Below are positions 19,837-29,777 of a stretch of DNA of 64,000 nucleotides, in pieces (position 1 is the first letter of the stretch; each line of letters begins with the position of its first letter). Below the pieces are notes generated by a model. It saw nothing but the letters and a program-made list of their open reading frames with translations, had not been told where the DNA came from and did no database searches. This DNA comes from Nitrospinota bacterium. Its GTDB lineage: Bacteria; JADFOP01. The DNA lies in NCBI GenBank assembly GCA_022562795.1, contig JADFOP010000001.1:20691-84690 (forward strand), given 5' to 3'. A program made the translations under genes and the position numbers.

Positions 19837-20393
19837 GTGAGCCCTCCTTGAAAGAGTTCCGCCTGCGTGGCGGAGCGGTAGCGCCCGGCGTAGGGCTCCT
19901 CAACCGCCTCGAGCATCTTGAAGAAGATTAACTGTATGAGCCGGGCCCCGCGGCGGAGGCGAAAGCCGTGGCGGTTGTGGACCACAAGCAGGGCTTCGCT
20001 GGCCCCCTGGAAGCCCGAGTCCCAAAGCGCCGTCTCGACGGTAGCCCCGCTACGCTGGAGGCTCGATCGCGGCCGTGCGATGGCGAAGACGTCGTTTGGG
20101 ATGTGGACCAGCTCGGTGAATGCGATCCGGTAGGCCCCAGGCGCCAGCGTGACCCAGCCCTCCTCATCGAAGGCCTTGGGACGCCCGCTTGCCAACGAGC
20201 GGTCTCGATTGTCGAATCCGAGGCTTCCGGGCCCAACGAGCGCAACCACGCTCTTGAGCGTAAGCTCAATCCCGTTGGGCTGAAGTTGGGTCTCCGGGTC
20301 TAGGAGGCCTTCGACTAAGGGCGGCTCGCCTCGGAGGGCCTCTCGGAGGTCCTCGCCAGCCAGCACCGCCAGGGGGCGGAAAGCATCTTCCAT
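19833..20393 (-). CDS. dcd: dCTP deaminase (Dcd/dUTPase superfamily)
   Basis: IARPRSSLQRSG...ALWDSGFQG...ARLIQLIFF typical Dcd; overlaps thyX start by 4 nt. Confidence 0.7.
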   Translation of the reverse strand: MEDAFRPLAVLAGEDLREALRGEPPLVEGLLDPETQLQPNGIELTLKSVVALVGPGSLGFDNRDRSLASGRPKAFDEEGWVTLAPGAYRIAFTELVHIPNDVFAIARPRSSLQRSGATVETALWDSGFQGASEALLVVHNRHGFRLRRGARLIQLIFFKMLEAVEEPYAGRYRSATQAELFQGGLT

Positions 20394-20639
20394 GGGCCAG
20401 CCTCGGGGAGGGAGAAAACTAACGGCTGAAAGATATTCTCTAGGATACTTGTATCAGAACCGGCCCCTTGAGACAAGAAGTAATAGGCGGTCGTGTCTAG
20501 TTGAGGCAGTATTGAAGGGGGCCACCGGGAGGCCGGAAGGCTCGCAGTCCACCAGGTGGGAGGGAAATCCGCCGGGAACCTTTTCGCGAACCAATCCGGG
20601 CCGACCCAGCGGCCCCTTGCATCTCTATAGACCCCCTCG

Positions 20640-21110
20640 GACGCTCCTCGGTGGAATCCGCCTTAGGTCCGCCTTAGGCGGATGGGTGTCCGATTTGTCG
20701 TCTCGTACTTCCCTTACTTCCCGCACTTCACGAATGGGAAGCGATTTTTTACTATTTTAGGGTAGTCGGGGTCGCCCCTGACCCCGACACCACTCGAACG
20801 TAATGGGATGACTAACGCATCCACGCGAAGAGGGGGCTTGCTACCACGTAACGAGCACGACCTATAAGAGGCGACCCTTCTTTTGTAACAATAGCTGCGC
20901 CCAAGACCTTAGGGATTAAAAGGAGTCGGGGTCAGGGGGTCGCAAGCGACCTTTGGTCGCCCGACTACCCGGAGGTGCGGACAGGGGTAACCCTGTCCCT
21001 ACAAAGGCACACGACGATGTAGGGACAGCCTTTAGGCTGTCCGGGTTTTCTTTGCGGACAGGGAGTCGCAAGCGACCTTTGGTCGGCCCTGTCCCTACAC
21101 GGGCACAAAA
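20640..21110. repeat. cluster of structured inverted/direct repeats (MITE/REP-like or structured RNA)
   Basis: Hairpin GTCGGGGTC-GCCCCT-GACCCCGAC; GTCGCAAGCGACCTTTGGTCG twice (~20939 and ~21067); GGACAGGG...CCCTGTCC stems x3; conserved CTACA-N14-TGTAG hairpin twice; hairpin+T-run GGACAGCCTTTAGGCTGTCCGGGTTTTCTTT. Confidence 0.5.
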
Positions 21111-21169
21111 CCATGTAGTCAAGGGGCGGCTTGAGAGGCCGGATGGGACGACGGGCAGGATGCGGCGGC

Positions 21170-22111
21170 TTAGAACGAGAAGCCCAGCTCCATGACCCAG
21201 ATGTCGCCCTGGCCGTCGGCCCTGTCGGAGAAGTAGGCTATCCGCATCCCGTCGGGGCTCCAGGAGGGAGACCAGTCCCTCGCCGGGTGGTGGGTAAGCT
21301 GGCGGGGGTTATCGCCGTTGGGCGCCATGATCCAGATGTCGAGGTTGCCGCTTCGGGCGCTGAACCAGGCGATGACGCTCCCGCCGGGCCGGAAGGTGGG
21401 CGCGAGGTCCGCAGCGCGTCCGAAGGTGAGCCGCTCCTTGTTGGAGCCGTCGGCGTCCATTATCCAGATGTCCCGACTCCCGGCTCTGTCGGAGTGAAAG
21501 ACGATCCGGCGGCCGTCGGGGCTCCAGTCCGGGGCGCCGTCCGTCCCTCTCCAGGAGGTGAGCGGCTGGGCGTCTGTGCCGTCGGCGTTCATGACCCAGA
21601 TGTCGGTTTTAGTGCGCCGAATGTGGCGAACCCAGACAATCCTCTTCCCATCAGGGCTCCAGTTGGGAAAGAGGTCTCTGGCCGGGTGATTGGTCAGCTG
21701 CTCCATGTTCGAGCCGTCGGCATCCATTGCCCAGATGTCGAGGTTGCCCGAGCGGGTCGAGTAAAAGAGGATGCGGCGGCCGTCGGGCGAGTATGTCGCT
21801 GATGCGTCGACGACGGCTCCGCGCGTGAGCTCAGTCTTGTTTGAGCCGTCGGCGTCCATGACCCAGATGTGGGTGAAGCGGCCTCGCCTTGAGTCGAAGA
21901 TGATGCGGCGGCCGTCTGGGCTCCAGCCGGGCCGCTCCTCGACCGAGCGCTCGGAGGTCAGCCGCGTTTCCCTCAACACCGTGAAGAAGGAGGGCGGGAC
22001 GGCCGCCCAAGCAGCTGCGTAGAGCAAGACGACAGCGGCCGTGGCGGACGCCGCCGCCCGGAGCCTACCGCCATGTGATGTAGATGCTCGCCCCGGAGTA
22101 GGATATCTCAT
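21170..22111 (-). CDS. TolB-like periplasmic beta-propeller (PD40 repeats)
   Basis: Repeated SPDG(R/K)RI.F.S.R.G..DIW.M.ADGS PD40 units; N-terminal signal peptide. Confidence 0.7.
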   Translation of the reverse strand: MRYPTPGRASTSHGGRLRAAASATAAVVLLYAAAWAAVPPSFFTVLRETRLTSERSVEERPGWSPDGRRIIFDSRRGRFTHIWVMDADGSNKTELTRGAVVDASATYSPDGRRILFYSTRSGNLDIWAMDADGSNMEQLTNHPARDLFPNWSPDGKRIVWVRHIRRTKTDIWVMNADGTDAQPLTSWRGTDGAPDWSPDGRRIVFHSDRAGSRDIWIMDADGSNKERLTFGRAADLAPTFRPGGSVIAWFSARSGNLDIWIMAPNGDNPRQLTHHPARDWSPSWSPDGMRIAYFSDRADGQGDIWVMELGFSF

Positions 22112-22508
22112 CGTCGCTCACCTCGATGTAGGGCCGCTCCTCTTTAGGAAGGGCCGGAGAGACCCACTGGGTGGAGGCCAGGAGGTTGTCCATCGTGGCC
22201 GGCTCGCCGGTGTGGACGAGCACCCAACAGACGTCGGCCCGATGGGCCTCGACCACCTTCGCCGTCACCTCACGAACGATGAGGCGCACCGTCTCGCGGG
22301 GCAGATCCGGCCGCACCGCCACACGGGCCGAGAAGCGCCCGACGCGACCGTGGCTGTAGTCCTGGGTGCCGAGGATGGTGTAGGAGCTCTGGGGCGCCTC
22401 TTGCCCGCAGCCGGCCAGCAACGCGATGACCCAGAGCGCAGAGACGGCTCTTCTTGCGGCAATCCGTTGCCGATCTCGAAACCATCTCTTTGTGCGGTAA
22501 GCCGTCAT
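22065..22508 (-). CDS. putative lipoprotein (hypothetical)
   Basis: Signal peptide with lipobox LLAGC; 3' end overlaps the ORF-track start of the TolB-like gene. Confidence 0.35.
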   Translation of the reverse strand: MTAYRTKRWFRDRQRIAARRAVSALWVIALLAGCGQEAPQSSYTILGTQDYSHGRVGRFSARVAVRPDLPRETVRLIVREVTAKVVEAHRADVCWVLVHTGEPATMDNLLASTQWVSPALPKEERPYIEVSDDEISYSGASIYITWR

Positions 22509-22628
22509 TGCTCCTCCAAGCCCTTAAGTCTACATCTGGCGCCGAAGCGGTGTAAACGAAAAACCTCTCCGTCGGCTTGAGTCTTTCCTCTCCCCAAGAG
22601 CCGCGCTATACTTGAACGTCGGGAGCTG

Positions 22629-23378
22629 TTGAGGGGTCTGATGGCAGAGGGGTCGCTGATGCGCTGGCCGAACATTCTCAGTGTTGTTCTAACTTTCGCT
22701 CTGCTCGCCTCTGCCGCGCTGGCCCAGGGGAGCCGGGAGCCGCCGGCTGAGGCCGTCGGTCACTACGCCGAGGGGCTCCGCCACCTCGATAGGGGAGCGT
22801 TGGAGGCGGCCGAGGAGGAGCTCGAAGAGGCGGTTCGGATCGACCCGGAGTACCTCGAGGCCATTGGGTCGCTGGCTCTGGTCTACCTGAGGCGGGGAAA
22901 GAGAGCCCATTACCGGGCGTTTCTCGAGCGCGCTTCGGAGCTCAAAGCCAGAGAGTCCGCGACGGCTGGGCCGCGAATGCCCAGCCTCGCCCCGCCTCAG
23001 CTCCCAGGCGTCTCGGCGCCTCCCAAGAAGGTCGAACGAGCCCGCGCGGCCCTGCCCGATCAGAGGCGATGGCGCCACGTAGGGCCCGAGCCGAAGGGGG
23101 TCTACGTCGTGGAGCGGGAGGCCATGCGGGGCCCGCTCGGCAACCTCCGCATCGAGGGGAAGGTCAAGAACAACACCTCCGAGACCGTAAGAAGGGTGGT
23201 TGTGGCCCTCGTTGGCTTCAACGCCGAGGGCCGACCCGTCGGCCCTCCTCTCACTTACCGAGGTCCGTGGGAGCTGCCTCCCGGCGAGGAGGCCCGCTTC
23301 AGCCTCGACCTCTCAGATTCCAACGACCATGTAGAGCGCTTCGATCTAAAGGCCTCCTGGGGTGGCCTCGAGGAGTGA
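22629..23378 (+). CDS. secreted hypothetical protein with TPR-like N-terminal region
   Basis: Signal peptide ILSVVLTFALLASAALA; TPR-like helix pairs; beta-rich C-terminal domain. Confidence 0.45.
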   Translation: MRGLMAEGSLMRWPNILSVVLTFALLASAALAQGSREPPAEAVGHYAEGLRHLDRGALEAAEEELEEAVRIDPEYLEAIGSLALVYLRRGKRAHYRAFLERASELKARESATAGPRMPSLAPPQLPGVSAPPKKVERARAALPDQRRWRHVGPEPKGVYVVEREAMRGPLGNLRIEGKVKNNTSETVRRVVVALVGFNAEGRPVGPPLTYRGPWELPPGEEARFSLDLSDSNDHVERFDLKASWGGLEE

Positions 23379-23430
23379 GTGAGCGTAAGGCCAGCCCTAC
23401 GTCATTTAAATATTCTCAAAGGATGCAGGC

Positions 23431-23925
23431 ATGGAAATCTCAGTTGTACACGGAAGCCTTATCGAGGCGGAGGTCGAGGCCATCGTCAACGCCGCCAACA
23501 GCCAGGGCCGGATGGGCGGCGGGGTGGCGGGGTTCTTAAAGAAGGCCGCCGGGGATGAGGTGGAGAGCGAGGCGGTGGCCCAAGCTCCCATACCCGTGGG
23601 CCAGGCCGTCGTCACGGGCGCCGGGGCGCTTGAGCGATACAAGGCCATCGTCCACGCTCCTACCATGGAGCGTCCCGCCATGCGCATCCCATCTCAGAAC
23701 GTCTACCAGGCAACCTCGGGGGCGCTTAAGGCAGCCGATGAGGCGGGTTTCGAAAGCCTCGCCATCCCAGGCATGGGAACGGGGGTCGGCGGCGTGGCTC
23801 ACGACGAGGCGGCCCGCCAGATGGTCCGGGCCATCAGGGAGTTTGAGGCGACGGCGCTCGCCCGCGTGGTGCTTGTGGACATCGACGAGGTGATGGTGGA
23901 GGCCTGGCGCGAGGCGCTGGGGTGA
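23431..23925 (+). CDS. macro domain protein (ADP-ribose binding/processing)
   Basis: VNAANSQGRMGGGVAGFLKKAAG and GAG...IPGMGTGVGG macro-domain motifs. Confidence 0.8.
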   Translation: MEISVVHGSLIEAEVEAIVNAANSQGRMGGGVAGFLKKAAGDEVESEAVAQAPIPVGQAVVTGAGALERYKAIVHAPTMERPAMRIPSQNVYQATSGALKAADEAGFESLAIPGMGTGVGGVAHDEAARQMVRAIREFEATALARVVLVDIDEVMVEAWREALG

Positions 23926-23931
23926 AGTGAC

Positions 23932-24966
23932 CTACCAGAACTCTTCGAAGTGGATGTTGCAGCCGGGGTCTTTTCTCACCGAGGTAAAGTCGGGGTAGCC
24001 CGTCTCCAGAATCTCTATGACACCCTCCGAGTCGGGGTAAACAAACTTTCCCTTGACCCGTTTGGGGGCGCCAACCATGTCCGGGTTCCCGCATAGAAAG
24101 AAGTGCATGCTCGGGTCGATGGGCTTTCCGAGAATGTCCTCGAGGGATCCGTTTTTAATGAAGTCCTGGACGTAGACCTTGGGCACTCCCGGCGGGAGGT
24201 CCCGGGTGGTTAGGACTACGTATCGGTAGTTTGCAAAGCGCTCCTCCAGCTTGCGGTGGATGTCGACGTAGGCTAAGTCTTCGATGTAGCGGGCGCAGTT
24301 GATGGAGACGATTTGCCCTTCGTGGCCGTTTTGGAGGAGCCAGGCGATCATGGGGTTGTGAGGGGCCTCGCCGGTGCCGGTCGCCCCGAAGATGAGGTCG
24401 CTCTCCTTCGGAATGCCGTCGAGGGTATAGAAGCCCGTAATCTTAGGCTGCATGAAGACACGGTCGCCTTCGCCCTTGAGCGCTAGCCTAGGGGTCAAAA
24501 GCGGGGCGGTGTCGCCGTCGTCCCAGCCCCGGATGATGGTGATGTAGAATTCCAGGGAATTTTCCTTCAACGGGTCGGCGAAGGCGCCAGCCTCGTCGAG
24601 GACAGGGTGGCAGATTGAGTAGCTGCGCTTGATGAGCTTTTGGACCAACACATCGTATTCGTTTGTCAGCTTCTCTCGCTCCTCGAGCGGGGCTGGCTGC
24701 TCGTTGTCCTTCAGGGTGGTAATCCTCTCGCCCAACATCATGAGCTTGTCTTTGCCACATCCTTCCGAGCGGTCTTCCCACCACCCGAGACCGAGGCTCA
24801 CGTACTGGCCCGGCTTGTAGGGCGGAAGCGGAAAGTCGGCTTTGACCTGGAAGATGACGAGGGTCTCGTGAATTTCTCGAAAATGTGTGATGGTCGCGTT
24901 GTAATGCTCTTCGCGGAGCTCTTCCTTTGACATGTCCTCAGGAATGGTTACGCTCAAATCTCCCAT
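23932..24966 (-). CDS. ferredoxin-NADP+ reductase-type FAD/NAD(P)-binding oxidoreductase
   Basis: RSYSI flavin motif, GATGTGEAP NADP motif, C-terminal FFLCGNPDM; start at internal MGDLS. Confidence 0.65.
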   Translation of the reverse strand: MGDLSVTIPEDMSKEELREEHYNATITHFREIHETLVIFQVKADFPLPPYKPGQYVSLGLGWWEDRSEGCGKDKLMMLGERITTLKDNEQPAPLEEREKLTNEYDVLVQKLIKRSYSICHPVLDEAGAFADPLKENSLEFYITIIRGWDDGDTAPLLTPRLALKGEGDRVFMQPKITGFYTLDGIPKESDLIFGATGTGEAPHNPMIAWLLQNGHEGQIVSINCARYIEDLAYVDIHRKLEERFANYRYVVLTTRDLPPGVPKVYVQDFIKNGSLEDILGKPIDPSMHFFLCGNPDMVGAPKRVKGKFVYPDSEGVIEILETGYPDFTSVRKDPGCNIHFEEFW

Positions 24967-25371
24967 CGAATCGATCCTCTCGGATTCCAGTCTCCGGATG
25001 CCGGCGCCAAGCGAGGTCGCACTCCCGTCTCGACGGCGCTCCACAATGCACTAATAAGATAGACCATCCGCCGGAAAATGCAAACTCCTCAAGGCGGGAT
25101 TTTTCCCTGTCCGGAAGACGTTTTCTCCGTTGTCTGGTCCCCTAAGTTTTCAAGGAAATCGATGGCGCTATTGTCATGCGCCACCCAGACGCATATCCTG
25201 TGGGCGCTCTGCATCGGACGCGGTCAGTATCTTAGGGGCCTAGAGTCGGATCTGTCAAGTTGATTTGGAGGAATAAGGGGTGAACTTCCTTAAGGGGGCT
25301 TGCGGGTCGGGGTGATGCTCCTTGCCTTTCTCTCCGGACGTACGTAGAATTCAGGCTTTGGAGCCCTGGCT

Positions 25372-26043
25372 ATGAGTCCTTCCTTCTCTCGGATTCCTCT
25401 GACAACTCACGCCATCCGGATCTTGGCGACCGTGGCCGTCTTAGCCGTGTTTCGCTGGCGACGTCTTACGAGGCTCCGGCTCTTCCGTGCCGCCATGGGG
25501 GCCATCTTCGGTCGTCTGGCGCCGCGCTACGAGGCCTTGTGGGGGCGGCTTCCTGGCGGCTGGGAGACTCTGGAGGCACCGCTGCGGCAGGCTCTGGGTG
25601 ACCACCTCATAGGCCCGGCGCCGAGACGTGTTCTCGATATGTGCTGCGGCACCGCTCGGGCTTCCCGATTGCTGCTCGAGCGCTTTCCTGCAACGACCCC
25701 CGTCGCCCTCGATATATCGCCCGCCATGCTTGAACAGGCCAGCGTGCTGTGGGCTGGCCGCCGTCCCGATCTCGCCTGCGTGGCAGGGGATGCCGCCTCG
25801 CCGCCCTTCGCCCCCGGGAGCTTCGATATGGTTGTTGTGATGAACGCCCCGCCGGAGCCTGAGGCCGTCATAGAGCTTCTTGCGCCTCGGGGCCGCGCTA
25901 TATTCGCCTACTCTCTACCCTACACCCCGATGGTCAGGCCCTCCGTACGCCGACGGCTAGCTCTGGCCGGCTTCAACCTGACAGCCGTTCGCCCATCTGG
26001 CCTGGGGGTTCTCATTATCGCTCAACGGGATGAGGGTCCATGA
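25372..26043 (+). CDS. class I SAM-dependent methyltransferase
   Basis: VLDMCCGTARA motif I; DMVVVMNAP. Confidence 0.6.
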   Translation: MSPSFSRIPLTTHAIRILATVAVLAVFRWRRLTRLRLFRAAMGAIFGRLAPRYEALWGRLPGGWETLEAPLRQALGDHLIGPAPRRVLDMCCGTARASRLLLERFPATTPVALDISPAMLEQASVLWAGRRPDLACVAGDAASPPFAPGSFDMVVVMNAPPEPEAVIELLAPRGRAIFAYSLPYTPMVRPSVRRRLALAGFNLTAVRPSGLGVLIIAQRDEGP

Positions 26044-26146
26044 GTCCCAAAGAAGGCAGTAACTCCAATGAACTCCAATGGTTTGACACCACCGAATGGC
26101 TGTGGTATCGTGAGTTCGCCGTGTCGGTTCTGGGCCCTCTACCCAG

Positions 26147-27139
26147 ATGTTGCCCGTTGAACCCTTCCGGCGACTACCCTTCAATCTGCCCATCGCGCCC
26201 ATGCTTATTAATCTCCTGACAATCCTTTTTGTGTCGTGGCTCTTGCTTAACCTGGCAGCGATTGCTGTAGTCTGCTACCTCTTCTTGACGCTCCCGGCCC
26301 CGGAGCGCCCCGCCGACGGCAGGCGCCTGAAGGGTGAGTCGGTCCGATTCACAACGAGGGACGGCACCCTTCTTGCCGGAACCTTCGTTGCGGCTCCTGG
26401 TCGCAAACAGGCCCCATGCGTCATCTTCGGTCACCCCTTTGGGGGTGACCGCCACGCGGCCGCCCGTTCGGCGGATTTCTTGCCCGAGGCGGGCTTTCAC
26501 CTCTTCGCCTTCGACTTTCGCGGCCACGGTGAGAGCCAGTCGGACGACGGCTACCGGCCCGAGCGTTGGGCCACCTGGAGGGAGCGGGATGATTTACTCG
26601 CGGCAGTCTCCTACTGCTCCGATCGCCCAGACGTGGCCAGCGGTTCCATAGGGCTTTTTGGATTATCGCGGGGGGCCAACGCCGCCTTGTGCGGGGCCGC
26701 CGCTCACCCGGCCGTGCGCGCTGTGGCGGCCGAGAGCGCTTTCTCCACCCGCGAGCTCCTCAAGTGGCATGTCATGAAACGCGCGCCCATCTACGTTAAC
26801 CTCCCCTGGCTCTGGCGCCACATTCCCGACCCCCTCTTTGGCTTCACCACCGACCTCTCTTTAGGCGTCATGCGCCTACTCCTGCGCCGCCGATACCTGT
26901 CGGTGGAGCGGGCCGTGGCCACCCTCAACGGGCGGGCATGCCTGTTTATCCACGGCGAGCGGGACACCTACATCGACATTTCGCTGGCCCAGCGGCTCTT
27001 CGCCGTAGCGGGCGAGCCTAAAGCTCTATGGATCGTCCCCGGGGCCCGCCACAACGAGGGGCTCGTAGCCGCCCCAGATGCCTACCAGGAGCGGGTATCA
27101 AGCTTCTTTCGCCGACACCTCGAGGAGGCCTCGTGCTAG
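26147..27139 (+). CDS. membrane-anchored alpha/beta hydrolase
   Basis: N-terminal TM; HPFGGDRHAA; nucleophile elbow GLFGLSRGANAAL; C-terminal His context. Confidence 0.65.
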   Translation: MLPVEPFRRLPFNLPIAPMLINLLTILFVSWLLLNLAAIAVVCYLFLTLPAPERPADGRRLKGESVRFTTRDGTLLAGTFVAAPGRKQAPCVIFGHPFGGDRHAAARSADFLPEAGFHLFAFDFRGHGESQSDDGYRPERWATWRERDDLLAAVSYCSDRPDVASGSIGLFGLSRGANAALCGAAAHPAVRAVAAESAFSTRELLKWHVMKRAPIYVNLPWLWRHIPDPLFGFTTDLSLGVMRLLLRRRYLSVERAVATLNGRACLFIHGERDTYIDISLAQRLFAVAGEPKALWIVPGARHNEGLVAAPDAYQERVSSFFRRHLEEASC

Positions 27140-28833
27140 GCCGAATCGTCACCCGACTCGCTGCGAGGCGGGCCCGGCGGCTGAAAGAGTCCTTCGTCGC
27201 CGCCACGAAGGATCCGTGGGCCAGCCAGCAGCGGCTCCTCTCAGAACTCTTGAGCCGCAACAGGAACACCCTATACGGTCGCCGATACGCCTTCTCTACC
27301 ATCGATGGGCCGGAGGCCTTCCGGCGAGATGTCCCTCTAGTGGTCTTCGAAGACCTGGAGGCGGATGTGAGCCGTATGGCCGCCGGTGAGCAAGATGTCT
27401 TGGTTAGCCGGCGCGACCCGCTTTTGAGTTTTTGCATTACGAGTGGCACGACCGGTCGGCCCAAAACGATTCCGGTGACCGCGAGCTTCCTCCGGGCTTA
27501 CAAGCAAGGCTGGTCGACATGGGCCTGGGCGGCCATTGAGGACTTCCCGATCTTGGTGGAAGAGCTTGCCACCCACAAGCTGCTGGCCCTGGTCTCACCC
27601 TCTGTGAGCGGAAAAACCACCGGAGGTTACCCGATAGGCGCGATCACGGGGCTGACCACAAGCACTCAGGCTCGCTCCCTGTCCCGCGCACTGGCCGCAC
27701 CGCAGGCCTGCGCCTCCGTCGAAGATTTTGCTCAAAGAACCTACGCCCTCGTGCGCTTCTCCCTCGAGGAAGAGGTGGGACACATCTCGACCCCCAACCC
27801 TTCGACCCTTCTGCGTGTGGCCGACCTCATGGAGGAGCGCACCGAGGAGCTGCTTCGGGATGTGCGGGACGGCACGTGTTGGGGCATCGAGGAGATCCCG
27901 GAGCAAACGGCTTCGGCCCTCCGTGGGCGTCTGGCTCCCCGGCCCGAGCGGGCCCGGGTGCTTGAAAAGCGTGCGGCCTCTATTGGCAAGCTCAGGCCCC
28001 GGGAGGTTTGGCCCACCCTTACCTTGCTTTCGTGCTGGACCGGCGGGACCATGCGCCTCTACCTGGAGCGCCTTGAAGAGCCCTACGGACCTGTTGCCTT
28101 GCGCGACCTCGGGCTCATTGCCTCCGAGGGGCGGATGAGTCTGCCGCTTGCCGACGGTGGGGCCGGCGTCCTCGATCTCAGGAGCAACTTCTACGAATTC
28201 ATCCCAGAGGCCGAAGCCGACGGGTCTCGGCCCCAAACCCTCTGGGCGCACGAGGTGGAGGTGGGCGAGCGGTACTTCCTCGTCCTGACCAACCGTGCGG
28301 GACTCTACCGGTATCAGATCCAGGACTGCGTGGAGGTGGTAGGCCACTACGGCTCCACCCCTCTCATCGTTTTCCTTCACAAGGGCCGCTCTATCTCCTC
28401 TCTGGCCGGCGAGAAATTGACCGAACATCAGGTCTTGAGCGCCGCCGAGGCGGTATTCGCGCCCCCCAACCCAAGAGTGGTCCGTTTCATAGCATGTCCC
28501 GCCTGGGCCGATCCTCCGCACTACGTCCTCTGCCTGGAAGAGGGCGATGGCGGCGGGGACGATGAGGCCTGGCGCAAGCGTGTGGCCGACTTCGACCGAA
28601 CCCTCGAGAGGCTTAACGTGGAATATGCCTCCAAGCGCTCATCGGGCCGCCTTGGGCCCCTGGAGCTGCGATGGCTCTCCCCGGGAAGCTTTGCGAAGCT
28701 CGAGGCCGAGCGGATTGCCGCATCGGGTGGCCTGGCCGAGCAAGTCAAGCACCCTTACCTCGTAGCCGACCTCGAGTTCCTCGCCCGGCTCGGACCCCCG
28801 TTGGGGGTTGCAAAGGGCTCTGGCGCTGATTAA
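27133..28833 (+). CDS. GH3 family acyl-acid amido synthetase-like (adenylate-forming)
   Basis: TSGTTGRPKTIPVT P-loop-like motif, YRYQIQDCVEVVG, GH3-like N-terminus; GTG start overlapping upstream stop. Confidence 0.7.
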   Translation: MLGRIVTRLAARRARRLKESFVAATKDPWASQQRLLSELLSRNRNTLYGRRYAFSTIDGPEAFRRDVPLVVFEDLEADVSRMAAGEQDVLVSRRDPLLSFCITSGTTGRPKTIPVTASFLRAYKQGWSTWAWAAIEDFPILVEELATHKLLALVSPSVSGKTTGGYPIGAITGLTTSTQARSLSRALAAPQACASVEDFAQRTYALVRFSLEEEVGHISTPNPSTLLRVADLMEERTEELLRDVRDGTCWGIEEIPEQTASALRGRLAPRPERARVLEKRAASIGKLRPREVWPTLTLLSCWTGGTMRLYLERLEEPYGPVALRDLGLIASEGRMSLPLADGGAGVLDLRSNFYEFIPEAEADGSRPQTLWAHEVEVGERYFLVLTNRAGLYRYQIQDCVEVVGHYGSTPLIVFLHKGRSISSLAGEKLTEHQVLSAAEAVFAPPNPRVVRFIACPAWADPPHYVLCLEEGDGGGDDEAWRKRVADFDRTLERLNVEYASKRSSGRLGPLELRWLSPGSFAKLEAERIAASGGLAEQVKHPYLVADLEFLARLGPPLGVAKGSGAD

Positions 28834-28952
28834 TAATACACCTTCAATACAGGGGTCTGCGCCCCCATCCTGAGGCTGGTCTGGTCAAAAGAGATCCCCG
28901 GTCGGGTCGAGGGAGGGCGTGTGGTCCGTTTAGCCGGCGAGAGGGTCGCCGT

Positions 28953-29765
28953 ATGTCCTACAAAACGTCTGGCCGGTGGCGCCGCCAAAGCCTCGTCGCC
29001 TGCATAGCCGCAATTTGTTTATCAATCTCCCTCGGGCTTTCTGAAGAGACCCGCGCTGGTGAGACCCCCGATCCACACCAGCTCATCCTCTCGGTGCAGG
29101 ACAGCTACGCCTCCGTTAGCGGCTACACGGCGACCTTCATCAAGCAGGAGCGAATAAACGGCACCCTGAAACCCCGCGAGACCATCCAGATGAAGTTTCA
29201 AAAGCCCTTCAAGGTGTATATGAAGTGGGTTGAGGGGGCCAAGGAGGGCCAAGAGATCATCTACGTGAAAGGCAAGAACAACGGCAAGGCTCTGGCCCAC
29301 CTTGGGTTCGGTGGCTTCATCGGGGGGATGCTCAACCTAATACTGCCCACATTCGCTATCACCCCCGACGGGCCGACGGCTATGAATGGTAATCGCCGCC
29401 CTATTACCGACGCGGGCATCGGGATGATGATAGAGAAGATCATCCATTACAACTCTGCGGCTAAGGCCAATGGTGACCTCAAGCTCTCCTTCAAAGGCGA
29501 GGCGGAGGTGGATGGCCGTCCTGCCTTGGTGGTGGAGCGCATCTTGCCCCATAAGGAGGGCTACCCGGCCCATCGCACCACGTACTACATCGACAAGGGG
29601 TACAACCTTCCCGTCATAGTCGTCCTCTACGATTGGGAGGACCAGATGACGGCCTACTACGAGTACTCGAGCCTCGTGCTCAACCCAGGCCTCAAACCCA
29701 TCGACTTCGAGACCCGCAACAAGGAGTATCGCTTCGGCCTGGTACCCCCGATCATCAAGGATTGA
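28953..29765 (+). CDS. secreted LolA-fold/DUF1571-like protein (hypothetical)
   Basis: Signal peptide; beta-rich pattern YTATFIKQERINGTLKPRETIQMKFQKPFKVYMKW typical of LolA-like lipid-binding folds. Confidence 0.4.
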   Translation: MSYKTSGRWRRQSLVACIAAICLSISLGLSEETRAGETPDPHQLILSVQDSYASVSGYTATFIKQERINGTLKPRETIQMKFQKPFKVYMKWVEGAKEGQEIIYVKGKNNGKALAHLGFGGFIGGMLNLILPTFAITPDGPTAMNGNRRPITDAGIGMMIEKIIHYNSAAKANGDLKLSFKGEAEVDGRPALVVERILPHKEGYPAHRTTYYIDKGYNLPVIVVLYDWEDQMTAYYEYSSLVLNPGLKPIDFETRNKEYRFGLVPPIIKD

Positions 29766-29777
29766 CCCCCACGGCCC

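Noticed and set aside
20640-21110. Possible CRISPR array because of repeated 21-nt and hairpin units
   Set aside because: Only two copies of each unit, irregular spacing (~128 bp), units are themselves nested palindromes, and no cas genes in the window.
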